This document shows positions 10,737 through 22,153 of a stretch of 64,000 nucleotides of DNA, in pieces. The DNA lies in NCBI RefSeq assembly GCF_004010195.1, contig NC_057719.1:79935080-79999079 (forward strand). The letters are read 5' to 3'. The translations under genes were made by a program, and so were the position numbers. Below the pieces are notes generated by a model, which searched no databases, had not been told where the DNA came from, and saw only the letters and a list, made by a program, of their open reading frames with translations. Every line of letters begins with the position of its first letter. The first letter of the stretch is position 1. The DNA is from Chiloscyllium plagiosum. Taxonomy: Eukaryota.

Positions 10737-13300
10737 GAGTCCAGGCTGAGGCCGGGAGATCGAGTCCATGATGAGGCCTGGAGATCGAGTCCACACTGAG
10801 GCTGGGAGTCTGAGTCCACGCTGATGCCGGGAGTCTGAGTCCAGGCTGAGGCCGGGAGTTTGGGTCCATGCAGAGGCCTGGAGATCGAGTTCACGCTGAG
10901 GCCAGGAGATCGAGTTCACGCTGAGGCCGGGAGATCGAGTTCACGCTGAGGCCGGGGGTCTGAGTCCACGCTGAGGCCTGGTGTTCGAGTCCACACTGAG
11001 GCTGGGAGTTCGAGTCCACGCTGAGGCCTGGAGTTCAAGTCCAGTCTGAGGCCGGGAGATCAGGTCCATACTGAGGCTGGGAGTTCAAGTCCAGGCTGAG
11101 GCCGGGAGTCTGAGTCCACACTGAGGCCTGGTGTTCGAGTCCACACTGAGGCTGGGAGTTCGAGTCCACGCTGAGGCCGGGAGTACACGTCCAGGCTGAG
11201 GCCTGGAGTTCAAGTCCAGGCTGAGGCCGGGAGATCGGGCCATACTGAAGCTGGGAGTTCAAGTCCAGGCTGAGGCCGGGAGTTCGGGTCCACACTGAGG
11301 CCTGGAGATCGGCGTCAGCGTGGACTCAGACTCCCGGCGTCAGCGTGGACTCAATCTCCCGGCCTCAGTGCGGACTCAATCTCCCGGCCTCTGCCTGGAC
11401 TCGAACTCCCGGCCTCAGTGTGGACCTGAACTCCCGGCCTTAGCCAGGACTTGAACTCCTGGCCTCAGCCTGGACGTGTACTCCCGGCCTCAGTGTGGAC
11501 TCGATCTCCAGGCCACAGTATGGACTCAGACTCCCAGCCTCAGCGTGGACTCGATCTCCAGGCCTCAGTGTGGACTCAATCTCCCGGCCTCAGCCTGGAC
11601 TCGAACTCCCGACCAGAGCATGGACTCAGACTCCCAGCCTCAGCGTGGACTAGATCTCCAGGCCTCAGTGTGGACTTGATCTCCAGGCCTCAGGGTGGAC
11701 TCGAACTCCCAGCCTCAGTGTGGACCCGATCTCCCGGCCTCAGCCTGGACTTGAACTCCCGGCCTCAGCCTGGACTTGAACTCCCGGCCTCAGCCTGGAC
11801 GTGTACTCCCAGCCTCAGCGTGGACTCGATCTCCCGGCCTCAGTGTGGACTCGATCTCCCGGCCTCAGCGTGAACTCGAACTACCGGCCTCAGTGTGAAC
11901 TTGAACTCCCGGCCTCAGTATGGACTTGAACTGCCAGCCTCAGTGTGTACTCGATCTCCAGGCCACAGTATGGACTCAGACTCCCGGACTCAGCGTGGAC
12001 TCAATCTCCCGGCCTCAGTGTGGACTCAATCTCCCGGCCTCAGCGTGGGCTCGATCTCCCGGCCTCAGCGTGGACTCAGACCTCCAGCCTCAGCGTGGAC
12101 TCGATCTCCAGGCCTCAGCGTGGACTCAATCTCCAAGCCTCAGCGTGGACTCGATCTCCCGGCCTCAGTGTGGACTCGGGCTCCCGGCCTCAGTGTGGAC
12201 TCGATCTCCAGGCCTCAGCGTGGACCCGAACTCCTAGCCTCAGTATGGACCTGAACACCCGGCCTCAGCCTGGACTTGAACTCCCGGCCTCAGCCTGGAC
12301 GTGTACTCCCGGGCTCAGAGTGGACTCGAACTCCCAGCCTCACTGTGGACTCGATCTCCAGGCCACAGTGTGGACTCAGACTCCCGGCCTCAGCGTGGAC
12401 TCAATCTCCCGGCCTCAGCGTGGGCTCGATCTCCCGGCCTCAGCGTGGACTCAAACTCCCGGCCTCAGCGTGGACTCGAACTCCTGATCTCAGCATGGAC
12501 TTGAACTCCTGGCCTCAGCATGGACTCAATCTCCCGGCCTCAGCGTGGATTCGATCTCCCAGCCTCAGTGTGGACTCGAACTCCCGACCTCAGCGTGGAA
12601 TCAATCTCCAGGCCTCAGTGTGGACTCGATCTCACGGCCTCAGCCTGGACTCAAAGACCCGGCCTCAGTGTGGACTCGAACTCCCGTCCTCAGTGTGGAC
12701 TCGAACTCCTGGCCTCAGCCTGGACTTGAACTCCCGGCCTCAGTGTGGACACAATCTCCAGGCCTCAGCATGGATCCGATCTCCCGGCCTCAGCGTGGAT
12801 TCGATCTCCCGGCCTCAGCGTGGACTCGAACTCCCGACCTCAGCGTGGGCTCGAACTCCCGGCCTCAGCGTGGGCTCAGACTCCCGGCCTCAGCCTGGAC
12901 TCGAACTCCCAGCCACAGTATGGACCGAACTCCCGGCCTCAGCCTGGACGTGTACTCCCGGCCTCAGCGCGGACTCGATCTCCCGGCCTCAGCGTGGACT
13001 CGATCTCCAGGCCTCAGCGTGGACTCGATCTCCAGGCCTCAGCGTGGACTCGTTCTCCAGGCTTCAGTGTGGACTCAGACTCCTGGCCTCAGTTTGAACT
13101 CGAACTCACAGCCTCAGTGTGGACTCGAACTCCCGACCTCAGCCTGGACTCGAAGTCCCGGCCTCAGTGTGGACCCGAACTCCCAGCCTCAGCCTGGTCT
13201 TGAACTCCCAGCCTCAGCATGGATTTGAACTCCCGGCCTCAGCGAGAACTCGATCTCCCGGCCTCAGCGTAGATTTGAACTCACAGCACAGCGGGGCCTT
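10737..13300. repeat. 25-bp tandem repeat array (~100 units), consensus GGCCTCAGCGTGGACTCGA(A/T)CTCCC; 10737-11310 is inverted relative to 11311-13300
   Basis: Read directly; the orientation switches at ...CCTGGAGATC|GGCGTCAGCG. Confidence 0.97.
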
Positions 13301-13319
13301 GAAATCTCGGCTTCAGCTT

Positions 13320-13545
13320 GGTGGTGATGGAAGGACTGTTATTCTGAACTCTTATGTCTCTACTTTTTAAATTAATTATTGGATTTTTTATTTCTTAATT
13401 TTTCTAATTTTTTCCCTAAGAATCTGTACTTAAGAATCTATACCTAGGTACTTTGGTACCTTAGATTGTGCCACAAGTGGCAATTTGTCAACTTTTCAAT
13501 GTACTCATGTGAGTACATGTGACAATAAAGCTAATTCTAATTCTA
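13320..13545 (+). mobile_element. Retroposon-like 3' tail attached to the 25-bp array
   Basis: Ends TTTTCAATGTACTC...GTACATGTGACAATAAAG(CTAATT)n; similar to 51930-52060 on the minus strand. Confidence 0.6.
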
Positions 13546-13679
13546 AAAAGTCTCTGGGAAAAGGATGAAGTACTAAGCTGCTTTCAAGCTAAAAGTTGTG
13601 ACATTTTTGAGCATGTTAAATAACTGTGCTGCAGGAAAGGAATCCAGTATCAGTGGAAAACTACCACAAGAAAGGAGGC

Positions 13680-14830
13680 GAGGAAGGAAACCATCCTGTA
13701 GAAGATGCCCAAGGCCAAATGGATAGAGAACACTCACTGGCCTAATCTTGAGAAACATTGTTCAGTCGAATGTTTTGGGCAGAGATTAAAGAAAAAAAAG
13801 CAGTGAGGGAAAGTGGGCATTGGTAGGAGTAGCATACAGATTCCCAAAGGTTATAGATCAACAAACTATAGGACCCCATGTAAAAAGAGCAGAGCAATCA
13901 CCATGGATGATTTGAATCTTGGTTAGTCAAATTGGAAAGGGTATCTACAGCAACAAATTCATAGAGTGTGTTAGGGACTAGAGCAATGTGTCATAAAGCC
14001 AACAAGGGAGCAAGCTATCCAGATCTGGTCATGGGTAATGAGGCAGGTTTAATAAATGACCTCTTGAGTAAAGGATCCCCTGGGAAGTAGTGATCATAAC
14101 ATGGTAGAGTTTACTATTCAGTTTGGGAATGAGAACCTTGAGTCAGAATCAACTGAGCTTAATTTAAATAAAGAGAATTACACTGAAATGACAATAGAGT
14201 TAACTAAAGTGGCCAGGGTGGATAGATTAGCAGGAATGACAGTAAGCAAGCAGTGGTAGACACTTAAGGAGATAACTCATGACTCTCAGCAAAAATAAAT
14301 CCTAGTAAAGAGGAAAGATTCTGTGAAAGGCATAAACCAACCATGGCTAACCAAGGAAATTACAGAGAGTATTAAGTTGAAAGATAAAGCATACTTGGAG
14401 GCAAAAATCAGAGATAGCCCTGAAGACTGGATTAAATTCAGAACTACATTCAAAGGAGGACTAAAAAGATAATAAAGGCAGAGGAAAATAAATTATCAAG
14501 CCAAACTAGCGAGAATGTTTCCCCTCATGGCAGAGTCTAGGACCAGAGGGCAGTCTCAGAACAAAGAGGTACCTATTTAAGACTGAGATGAGGAGGAATT
14601 TCTTTTCTCAGAGGGTCGAGAGTCTTCGGAACTCCTTGTCTGAGAGAGCTGTTGGACAGCCTGAGTCCTTGTTATATTCAAGACAGAGATGAGAAAGGTG
14701 AATCAAGGTTCCTGGGAAAAGGGCAAGAGAGTGGATCTGAGGAATGTCATATCGGCCATGATCCTATTGAATGGTGGATCAGTCTTGCAATGTGAGCAGC
14801 CCACTCCTATTCTGATTTCTTACGGTCCTG
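13680..14830 (+). mobile_element. Old degenerate CR1 (endonuclease region joined to a 3' end)
   Basis: PTREQAIQIWSWVM/LGSSDHNMVEF-type motifs; 3'UTR GATCCTATTGAATGG...CCTATTCT. Confidence 0.75.
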
Positions 14831-14878
14831 TGATCGAAGATCATCAGAATAGTTTCATCATCATCATCATTCATCTGA

Positions 14879-15166
14879 GCACGGTGGCTCAGCGGTTAGC
14901 CCTGCTGCCTCACAGCACCAGGGATCTGGGTTCGATTCCAGCCTCGAGCACCTGACTGAGTGGAGTTTGCACGTTCTCCCTGTGTTTGCGTGGGTTTCCT
15001 CCCACAATACAAAGATGTGCAGGTTAGGTGAATTGGCCATGAGACATTGCCCATAGTGTTCAGGGATGTGTTAGTTTGGAGTAAAATGTACAGTAATAGT
15101 GGTTTGGGTGGTTACTCTTTGGAGGGTTGGTGTGGACTTGTTGGGCCAAAGGGCCTGTAGGGATTC
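14879..15166 (+). mobile_element. HE1/V-SINE
   Basis: A box GTGGCTCAGCGGTTAGC, B box GGTTCGATTCC, V domain. Confidence 0.88.
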
Positions 15167-15557
15167 AATGCAATCATTTGAAGAAATCAGCTTTTGTATC
15201 CACTTTTTCTATTGAGCAAACCAGCAATCTATGACTAGTAGCTTTCATGGAACAAACAATTCCAAAGGTGTGGCAATGAGGAACCTTGATTATCTAATAT
15301 AGACTGGGATGGTGGTAATGTAAAGTGCAATGAGGGGCAAACAATCCAAGATTGAAATCAGAACAATTTTCTACAGTTGTTAGAAAGGGGGCACTGATGG
15401 ACCTGACTCTGGGAAAGCGATGGGTCAGTAGGGAAGCATTTAGGAGACAATAGAAAAGGACAAGGAATAATCTGGAGCAAGAATAAATAATTGATGGAGA
15501 GCTGACTTTGATGAAGTAAGCTCATTTCAGTGCTGGCCAGAATAGACAGAAACTGAA

Positions 15558-15887
15558 GTGGAGAAGCAGGCCATTTAGCCCATCAAGTCCACACTGACGT
15601 CCAAACAGCGTCCAGTCCAGATCTAACCTCTTCCCCCCCACCCCGACCCTATCCCTGTAACCCTACTTTTCCCACACCTCATCCACCTAGCTTGCACATC
15701 CCTGGAAACTATGGGCAATTTAGCATGGCCAATCCATCTAACCTGCACTGTGGTGGGAAACCGGAGCACACGGAGGAAACCCACGCAGACACGGGGAGAA
15801 CGTGCAAACTCGACACAGAGAGTCACCCAAGGGTGGAATCAAACCCGAGCCCCTGGCGCTGTTAGGCAGCAGTGCTAGCCATTGAGC
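15558..15887 (-). mobile_element. HE1/V-SINE
   Basis: V-domain and tRNA-like head on the minus strand. Confidence 0.88.
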
Positions 15888-16399
15888 GTCTTATGATCTG
15901 AGTACAGAAGCTTGGGAAATCAAAGTGGCAGGGGTAGCCATGAGGAAAAAAGTCAGAGAGTGTCTGCAGGGCAGCTTCCAAGAACAATATGTGGCAAATC
16001 CAACAGGGATCAGATTATTTTGGATCTCAGAATGTGTAATAAGGCAGTTTTAATGAATGATCTCAGAGTGAAACAATGACTGTAACATGATAGAATTTAG
16101 CATTCGGATCAAAAGATAGAATTCTGAGCTGGAATCTAAACATGAATAAGGGTAATTATGAAGGAATGAGGGCAGGGCTGGCTGGAGTCGACTGGGATAA
16201 TAGTCTAGCAGAAAAATTACTTGCTGAACAATGGTAAACATTTAAGAAAATAGTTCATAACTCAGAAGGCTGTATCCCAGTGAGCAAAAAGGATTATAGT
16301 TGGAGGATAAACCAATCACAGTTAACAAAGGAAGTTAAGAATAGTTTCAAAATGGAAGAAAAAATCCCAGCAAAATATGGTAAAGGCATCATCATCATC

Positions 16400-16610
16400 T
16401 TACCAAGCCATAGGGGGCTGCTCTCTCATCAGAAAAGGAGGACCGCCAGTGATGGTTTAACGTGAGGGTCACCATACCTCAGATGAGGGGAGATGTTGTG
16501 AAGGAGAGTCTTTCATGGTCACCACAGCCTTCGCGGAAATTGAACCCATGCTATTGGTGTTAGTCTACATCACAAATCAGCCAGCCAGCCAACTGAGCTA
16601 ACCAGCCCCC
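16400..16610 (-). mobile_element. tRNA-head SINE (second family; also 44350-44545 and 49895-50100)
   Basis: Minus-strand head GGTTAGCTCAGTTGGCTGG with B box GGTTCAATT; three homologous copies in the window. Confidence 0.7.
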
Positions 16611-17567
16611 AACAAGACAAAGATTAGTGGTAAACCAGAAGGTTGGGAAAGTTCTAAGAAACAACAAAACATGACAACAAGGAGGGAGAAAATAAACTTT
16701 GAGTGCAAATTAACTTCTAATAATAGGAAGACTTTCCTCAAATATATAAGAAGGAATAGAGATGCCAAAGTGATGATAAGCTCTTTTGATAATGAAACTG
16801 GGTGAATAATAACAGGGAGCTAGGAAATGGCAGAGGAGTTGAATACATACGATGCATCAGTCCTCCCAATAGAAGACACAAAAATGCTAAATATTCAAGA
16901 TGAAAAGATGGAGAAGGAAATAATTACAATACCTATCACTACAGAACATGTACTAGGAAAATTATTGGGGCTAGTCCCTGAGCCTCAAAAGTTCATATGT
17001 CAGAATTTAAAGGAAGTAACTGCACAGATAGTGGTTTAACTGGTAGTAATCTTCCAAGAATCCTTAAAGTGTCAAAGAATTGGGAAACTGCCAATGTAAG
17101 ACCTTTATTCAAAAAGGGAGGGAGACCGAAAGCAAGTAATTACAGTATTGCTCAAATCTGTCATTGGTAAAATGTTAGTCCATTATAAAAGATGCAATAG
17201 CTGAACATTTAGAAATATATAATACAATCAGGCAGAGTCATAATGCCTTCATGAAAGGAAAATCATGCCTAACAAATTTAATAGAATTCTTTAAGGAGGT
17301 AACAAGCAGGATAGATAAAGGGGATCCGGTACATGTAAAGCATTTTGATTTGCAAAAGGTGTTCAAGAGAGTACCATGTATAAGGCTATTTAATAAGATA
17401 AGAACCAACTGGTATTGTGGGCACTATATTCGTCTGGATAGATGATTAACCAACTGATAAGGAAACAAGACCTTGGGGTATTGAGAGGTGTTTCCTGGAT
17501 GGCAATCTGTAACACATAGTCTAAGTCAAGGGATCAGTACTGGGGACCACAATTATTTAACAACCTA

Positions 17568-17895
17568 CCATAGAATCCCTAGAGTGCAGAAACAGGCTGT
17601 TCAGCCCATCGAGTCCACACCAACCCTCTGAAGAGCATCTCACCCAGAACCAGCCCCTACTCTATCCCTGTAACCCTGCATTTCCCATGACTAACCCACC
17701 TAGCCTGCACATCCCTGGATGGCCCATCCGTCGAACTTGCATAACTTTGGGCTGTGGGAGGAAACCAGAGCAAACCCACACAGACACGGGGAGAATGTGC
17801 AAACTCCACACAGACAGTCGCCTGAGGGTGGAATTGAACTGGGGTTGCTGGTATTCTGAGGCAGTAATGCTAACCACTGAGCCACCGTGTCACCC
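17568..17895 (-). mobile_element. HE1/V-SINE nested in CR1
   Basis: V-domain and tRNA head. Confidence 0.88.
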
Positions 17896-18138
17896 TCTAT
17901 ATTGATGACTTGGATAAAGTAAGTAAATGCCAATTTTTTTGGATGACATAAAAATAGAGAGGAAGGCAAGTGATAAAGATGACAGAGTTTACAGAAAGCT
18001 TTAGGCTCCTCATGCATAAATCACAAAAAGATGAGTGTATAAGTTCAAAAGGTAATGGGGAAGGCAAATGGAATATTGACCTTTACTTCAAAAGGAATGA
18101 AGTATAAAAATAGGCAAGTCTTGCTACAACTGTACAAG

Positions 18139-18290
18139 GAGAAAGTGAGGACTGCAGATTCTGGAGATCGGAGCTGAAAACTGTGTTGCTGGAAAAGCGC
18201 AGCAGGTCAGGCAGCATCCAAGGAGTCCAAGGAGCAGGAGAATCGACGTTTCGGGCATAAGCCCTTCTTCAGCAACACATTTTTCAGCTC
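18139..18290 (-). mobile_element. Mini PLE pLTR insertion with terminal inversion
   Basis: TSD-like AACTGTACAAGG on both sides; 18271-18290 is an inverted copy of ~18172-18191. Confidence 0.8.
18245..18272 (-). ncRNA. Minimal type I hammerhead ribozyme motif
   Basis: Minus strand CUGAAGA-A-GGGC UUAU GCCC-GAAAC-GUC: conserved core boxes and a perfect 4-bp stem II. Confidence 0.75.
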
Positions 18291-18754
18291 ATAACTGTAC
18301 AAGGTCCTTGTTAGACTATCCTTGAATATGGTGAAAAGATTTGATTCTGTTTTTGAAAGGAAGATATATTAGCATTGGAGGCAATCCGAAGAAAGTTTGC
18401 CAAGTTGAGCACATAGAAGAATGAGAGGTGACCTTATTGAAACATTTAAGATTCATGGGGAGGGGGGGCTTGACAGTATAGATATGGAGATATTGTTTCC
18501 CCTTGTGGACAGTCTAGAACCAGCGAGCAAAATCTATGTGTAAGGAGGTGTCACCCATTTAAGACAGAGGTAAATTTCTCCATCTTGCAGTTAAGTTGTG
18601 GAATTCTTTCCTATAAGGGCTGGATCTTCATGTATAATGTATTCCAGGCTGAGATGGACAGCTCGTTAATTGGTAAGGGAATCAAGGCAGAAAGCAGAAA
18701 ACTGTAGCTGAGAATTATCAGAGCAGCCTTGATCTCATTGAATGATGACTTGAA

Positions 18755-18992
18755 AGAAGTTCTGGGATTTACAAATGAATTACTCAATGCCTATATCTCC
18801 ACTCTAAGTGATTCAGGATTTAACAGAAATCCAGGTTTGATCAATACATCACATCCGTTGTATGACAGTTTGATATTTTACTATAAGTTCTGTGTCCAAT
18901 GATCCTGCCCCATTAGCTACCTGACAAAGGAGCAGCACTCTGAAAGCTTGTACTTCCAAATAAACCAGTCCAACACCGGCACCTCCACATCA
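18755..18992 (+). mobile_element. PLE pLTR fragment of another family with a decayed hammerhead
   Basis: CTGACAA-AGGAG CAGCA CTCT-GAAAGC at 18921-18947, followed by AATAAA. Confidence 0.55.
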
Positions 18993-19324
18993 TTGAAGGA
19001 TGGAATGGATGCAAAGGAGTTTTTGCTTCCATACCTTACATTCTTATAACTTTATGCAATCCCTAAGTCTTCCATATGCGGCTGAACAGTAAAATGTTAG
19101 TAAAGGTGGAATAAGACCAATTAGGCATTAAAAAGGTGATTAACACTTGGAAGTATTAGGCTTGGCTGAGGGGTTGGTTGAATACTGTCTTTCTTTGTTA
19201 AGCAAGAAGATACAGGTCAGGCCATAGCGACAGAGGAAGAAATGTTTGAAATTAATAATGTCAGGCATTGAGGTTTACAGCATGGAAGCAGGCATCTCAG
19301 CCAAACGTGTCTATACCAGCCAGT

Positions 19325-20880
19325 TTTCATTGAGTCATTGATCCATACAGCGTGGAAACAGACCCTTCGGTCCAACCAGTCCATAATCCCAAACTAAACA
19401 CATCCTACCTGCCTGCTCCTGGCTCAGATCCCTCCAAACCTTTCCTATTCATGTATCTATCCAAATGTCTTTTAAATGTTTTAATTGTGCCCTCATCCAC
19501 CACTTCCTCAGGAGGTTCACCTTCGATGTAAAAGATTTGCTTCTCATGTCCTCTTTAAATGTCTCTCCTCTCACCCTAACAATGTGCCCCTAGTCTTGAA
19601 ATCTCCCATCCTATAGATTTATTCTATCTATACCTCTCATTATTTTATAAACTTCTATCAGGTCGCCTCTCAACCTCCTACGCTTCAGTGAAAAAAAATC
19701 CCAGCCTACCCAGCCTTTCTTTATAACTCAAACCTTCCACATCCATCAACATCCTGGTAAATCTCTTCTGAACACTCTCCAGTTTAATAATATCCTTCCT
19801 ATAACAGGACAGCCAGAACTGGATGCAGTACTCCAGAACAGGCCTCACCAATGCCCTGTACAACCTCAATATGACTCCCTAACTCCTATATTCAATGGAC
19901 TGAGGAATGAAGGCAAGCGTACCAAACACCTTTTTAATCACCCTGTCTATATGTGACACAAACTTCAAAGAATTATGTACCTACACCCCTAGGTCTCTCT
20001 GTTCTACAAAAGAAAGCCCTACCATTAATTGTATACGCCCTGCCCTTGTGTGTTGTACCAGATTGAACTACACCTGCCATTTTTCAGCCCATTGACCCAT
20101 TTTATCAAGATCCCTTTGTAATCTTTGAAAACCTTCTTCACTGTTTACTCTGACACCAATTTTGGTGTCATCTGCCAACTTACTAACCATGCCTTCCATA
20201 TTCTCATCCAAATCAATTATATAAATGACACACAAAAGAGAATTAATCTAGTCCCATTTGCCTGCCTTTGGTCCATATCCCTCCATACCTATCCCATTCA
20301 TGTAATTGTCCAAACATTTCTTAAATGGCAAAATTGTACTCACTTCCACCACTACCTCTGGCAGCCTATTTTAGACCCTCACCACCCTCTTTGTGAACAA
20401 ATGCCTCTCTGGACCCTTTTGCATCTCTCCTCTCTCACTGTAAACCTATGCCCTCTAGGTTTAGACTTCATTACCATATGAAAACGCTGTTGGCTATCTC
20501 CCTTATCTATACCTCTTATGATTTCATAGACTTCTATAAGGTTACCCCTCAGTCTTCTATGTTCCAGCATCTCCTTATAACACAGGCCTTCCATTCCAAG
20601 TAGCATCTTAGTAAATCGTTTCTGCACTCTTACTCCTTTAATTATATCCTTTCTATTGCAGGGTGAACAGAACTGCACGCCATACTCCAAATGTGGCCTT
20701 ATCAACATCTTGTACAGCTGCAACAAGATGTCCCAACACCAATACTCAATGCTTTGACCAATGAAAACATGCAAGTCTTCTTCACCACTCTGTCTACCTG
20801 TGACTCCACTTTCAAAGAGCAATGAACCGTTGGCCCTAGATCTCTTTGTTCTGTAACATTCCTCAGAGCCCTACCATTGA
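19325..20880 (-). mobile_element. Two tandem 5'-truncated CR1 3' ends (19325-20230; 20240-20880)
   Basis: LYRALVRPVLEYCIQFW; LYKMLIRPHLEYGVQF; CR1 3'UTRs. Confidence 0.88.
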
Positions 20881-20889
20881 GCGAAAGAT

Positions 20890-21750
20890 ATTGAATTGGC
20901 TGTAGGTACTTAAGGTTGATAAGATACTGAAGCGAGATGATGCGTCCGAGGATATTGAAGGAAGTGAGAGTAGAAATTGCAGAAGCATTGGTCATAATCT
21001 TTCGATCTTCCTTCGACTCAGGAGTAGTGCGAGAGGACTGGGGAGTGTTGCTGATATTATACCTTGGTTCAAGAAGGTTGTACCAGGGCTAGGGTGACTT
21101 CCTGAAACAATCTTTCCAACATAGAATGAATAGTCACATGATAAACTCTGGGTTAATTAGGAAGGGCCAGCATGGATTTTTGCAGGGAAAATCATGTTGA
21201 ACTAACTTGCTAGAGAGCTTTGAAGAGGTACAGAGAGAGGAGGAGAAAGTGAGGACTGCAGATGCTGGAGATCAGGGTCGAAGAGTGTGTGGCTGGAAAA
21301 GTACAGCAGATCAGGCAGCATCTGAGGAGCAGGAGAATCAACATTTCGAGTATAAGCTCTTCATCAACTTATGCTCGAAACATTGACTCCCCTGCTCCTC
21401 GGATGCTGCCTGACCTGCTGTACAGAAAGAGTTGACATAGGTAATGTTGTTGATATGGTGTAGATGGATTTCATAAAGGTGTTTGATACAGTGCCACGCA
21501 ACACACTGATGAAAAATGTTAAAGCTCATGGAATAAGCAGGACTGTAGCCTAACGGATTGTCTGAGCTTCCAAAATGCATATTTTTCAGGTTGCAGGGAA
21601 GTTTGTAATGGAGACCTGCAGAGGTCAGTTTTGGTGTAATTTCCAAGTTTGCAGATGATACGAAACTTGGAAGCACTGTGAGATGTGAGGAAGATAGTGA
21701 CAATTGGATGATGGATGATAGGTGACAGATGAAGTTTAAAGCAGGAATGT
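20890..21750 (+). mobile_element. Degenerate CR1 RT fragment
   Basis: ILKEVRVEIAEALVIIF; QHGFLQGKSC; SKFADDTKLG. Confidence 0.8.
21243..21420. mobile_element. Fold-back mini PLE pLTR insertion (minus-strand copy + plus-strand copy)
   Basis: GCAGATCAGGCAGCATCTGAGGAGCAGGAG ... CCCCTGCTCCTCGGATGCTGCCTGACCTGCTG; imperfect TSD TACAGAGAGAG/TACAGAAAGAG. Confidence 0.75.
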
Positions 21751-21847
21751 GAGGTGACACGTGGTCACGCTGGCCCAGCCAGTGATGCTCATGTGCCACA
21801 AATGCATTTTAAAAAACACTTGGAAATTCAGGATAAAAAAATATGCT

Positions 21848-21995
21848 AAGGTTAGGTGAACTGGCCATGCTAAATTGCCCGTAGTGTTAGGTGAAGGGGT
21901 AAATGTAGGGGAATGGGTCTGGGTGGGTTGCGCTTCGGCGGGTCGGTGTGGAATTGTTGGGCCGAAGGGCCTGTTTCCACACTGTAAGTAATCTA
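21848..21995 (+). mobile_element. HE1/V-SINE 3' half
   Basis: Nearly the reverse complement of 53770-53910. Confidence 0.85.
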
Positions 21996-22153
21996 CTCAA
22001 AAAAAAAATAAAAACATAACAGGTCAGCGAGATGTAATTGCGCATAAGTTATGAAATGTGACAGGACAGTTAGAGAGAGCTCTTAAAAATGACCCTGAGC
22101 TTCCAGTTGACTGCCACTTCAACACCACCAGGTTCCCTGGCCAACATCTCTGT

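Larger units (their letters stand above)
15950..18730 (+). mobile_element. Old degenerate CR1 ORF2 carrying nested SINEs and a PLE fragment
   Basis: MAEELNTY; MKGKSCLTNLIEFFKEVTSRIDKGDPVHVKHFDLQKVF; 3'UTR near 18720. Confidence 0.8.

Noticed and set aside
10737..13300. CRISPR array, or long coding ORFs (up to 273 aa) in the 25-bp array
   Set aside because: Units are contiguous with no unique spacers, there are no cas genes, and the context is vertebrate; the ORFs arise from a stop-poor repeat that is open in all three frames
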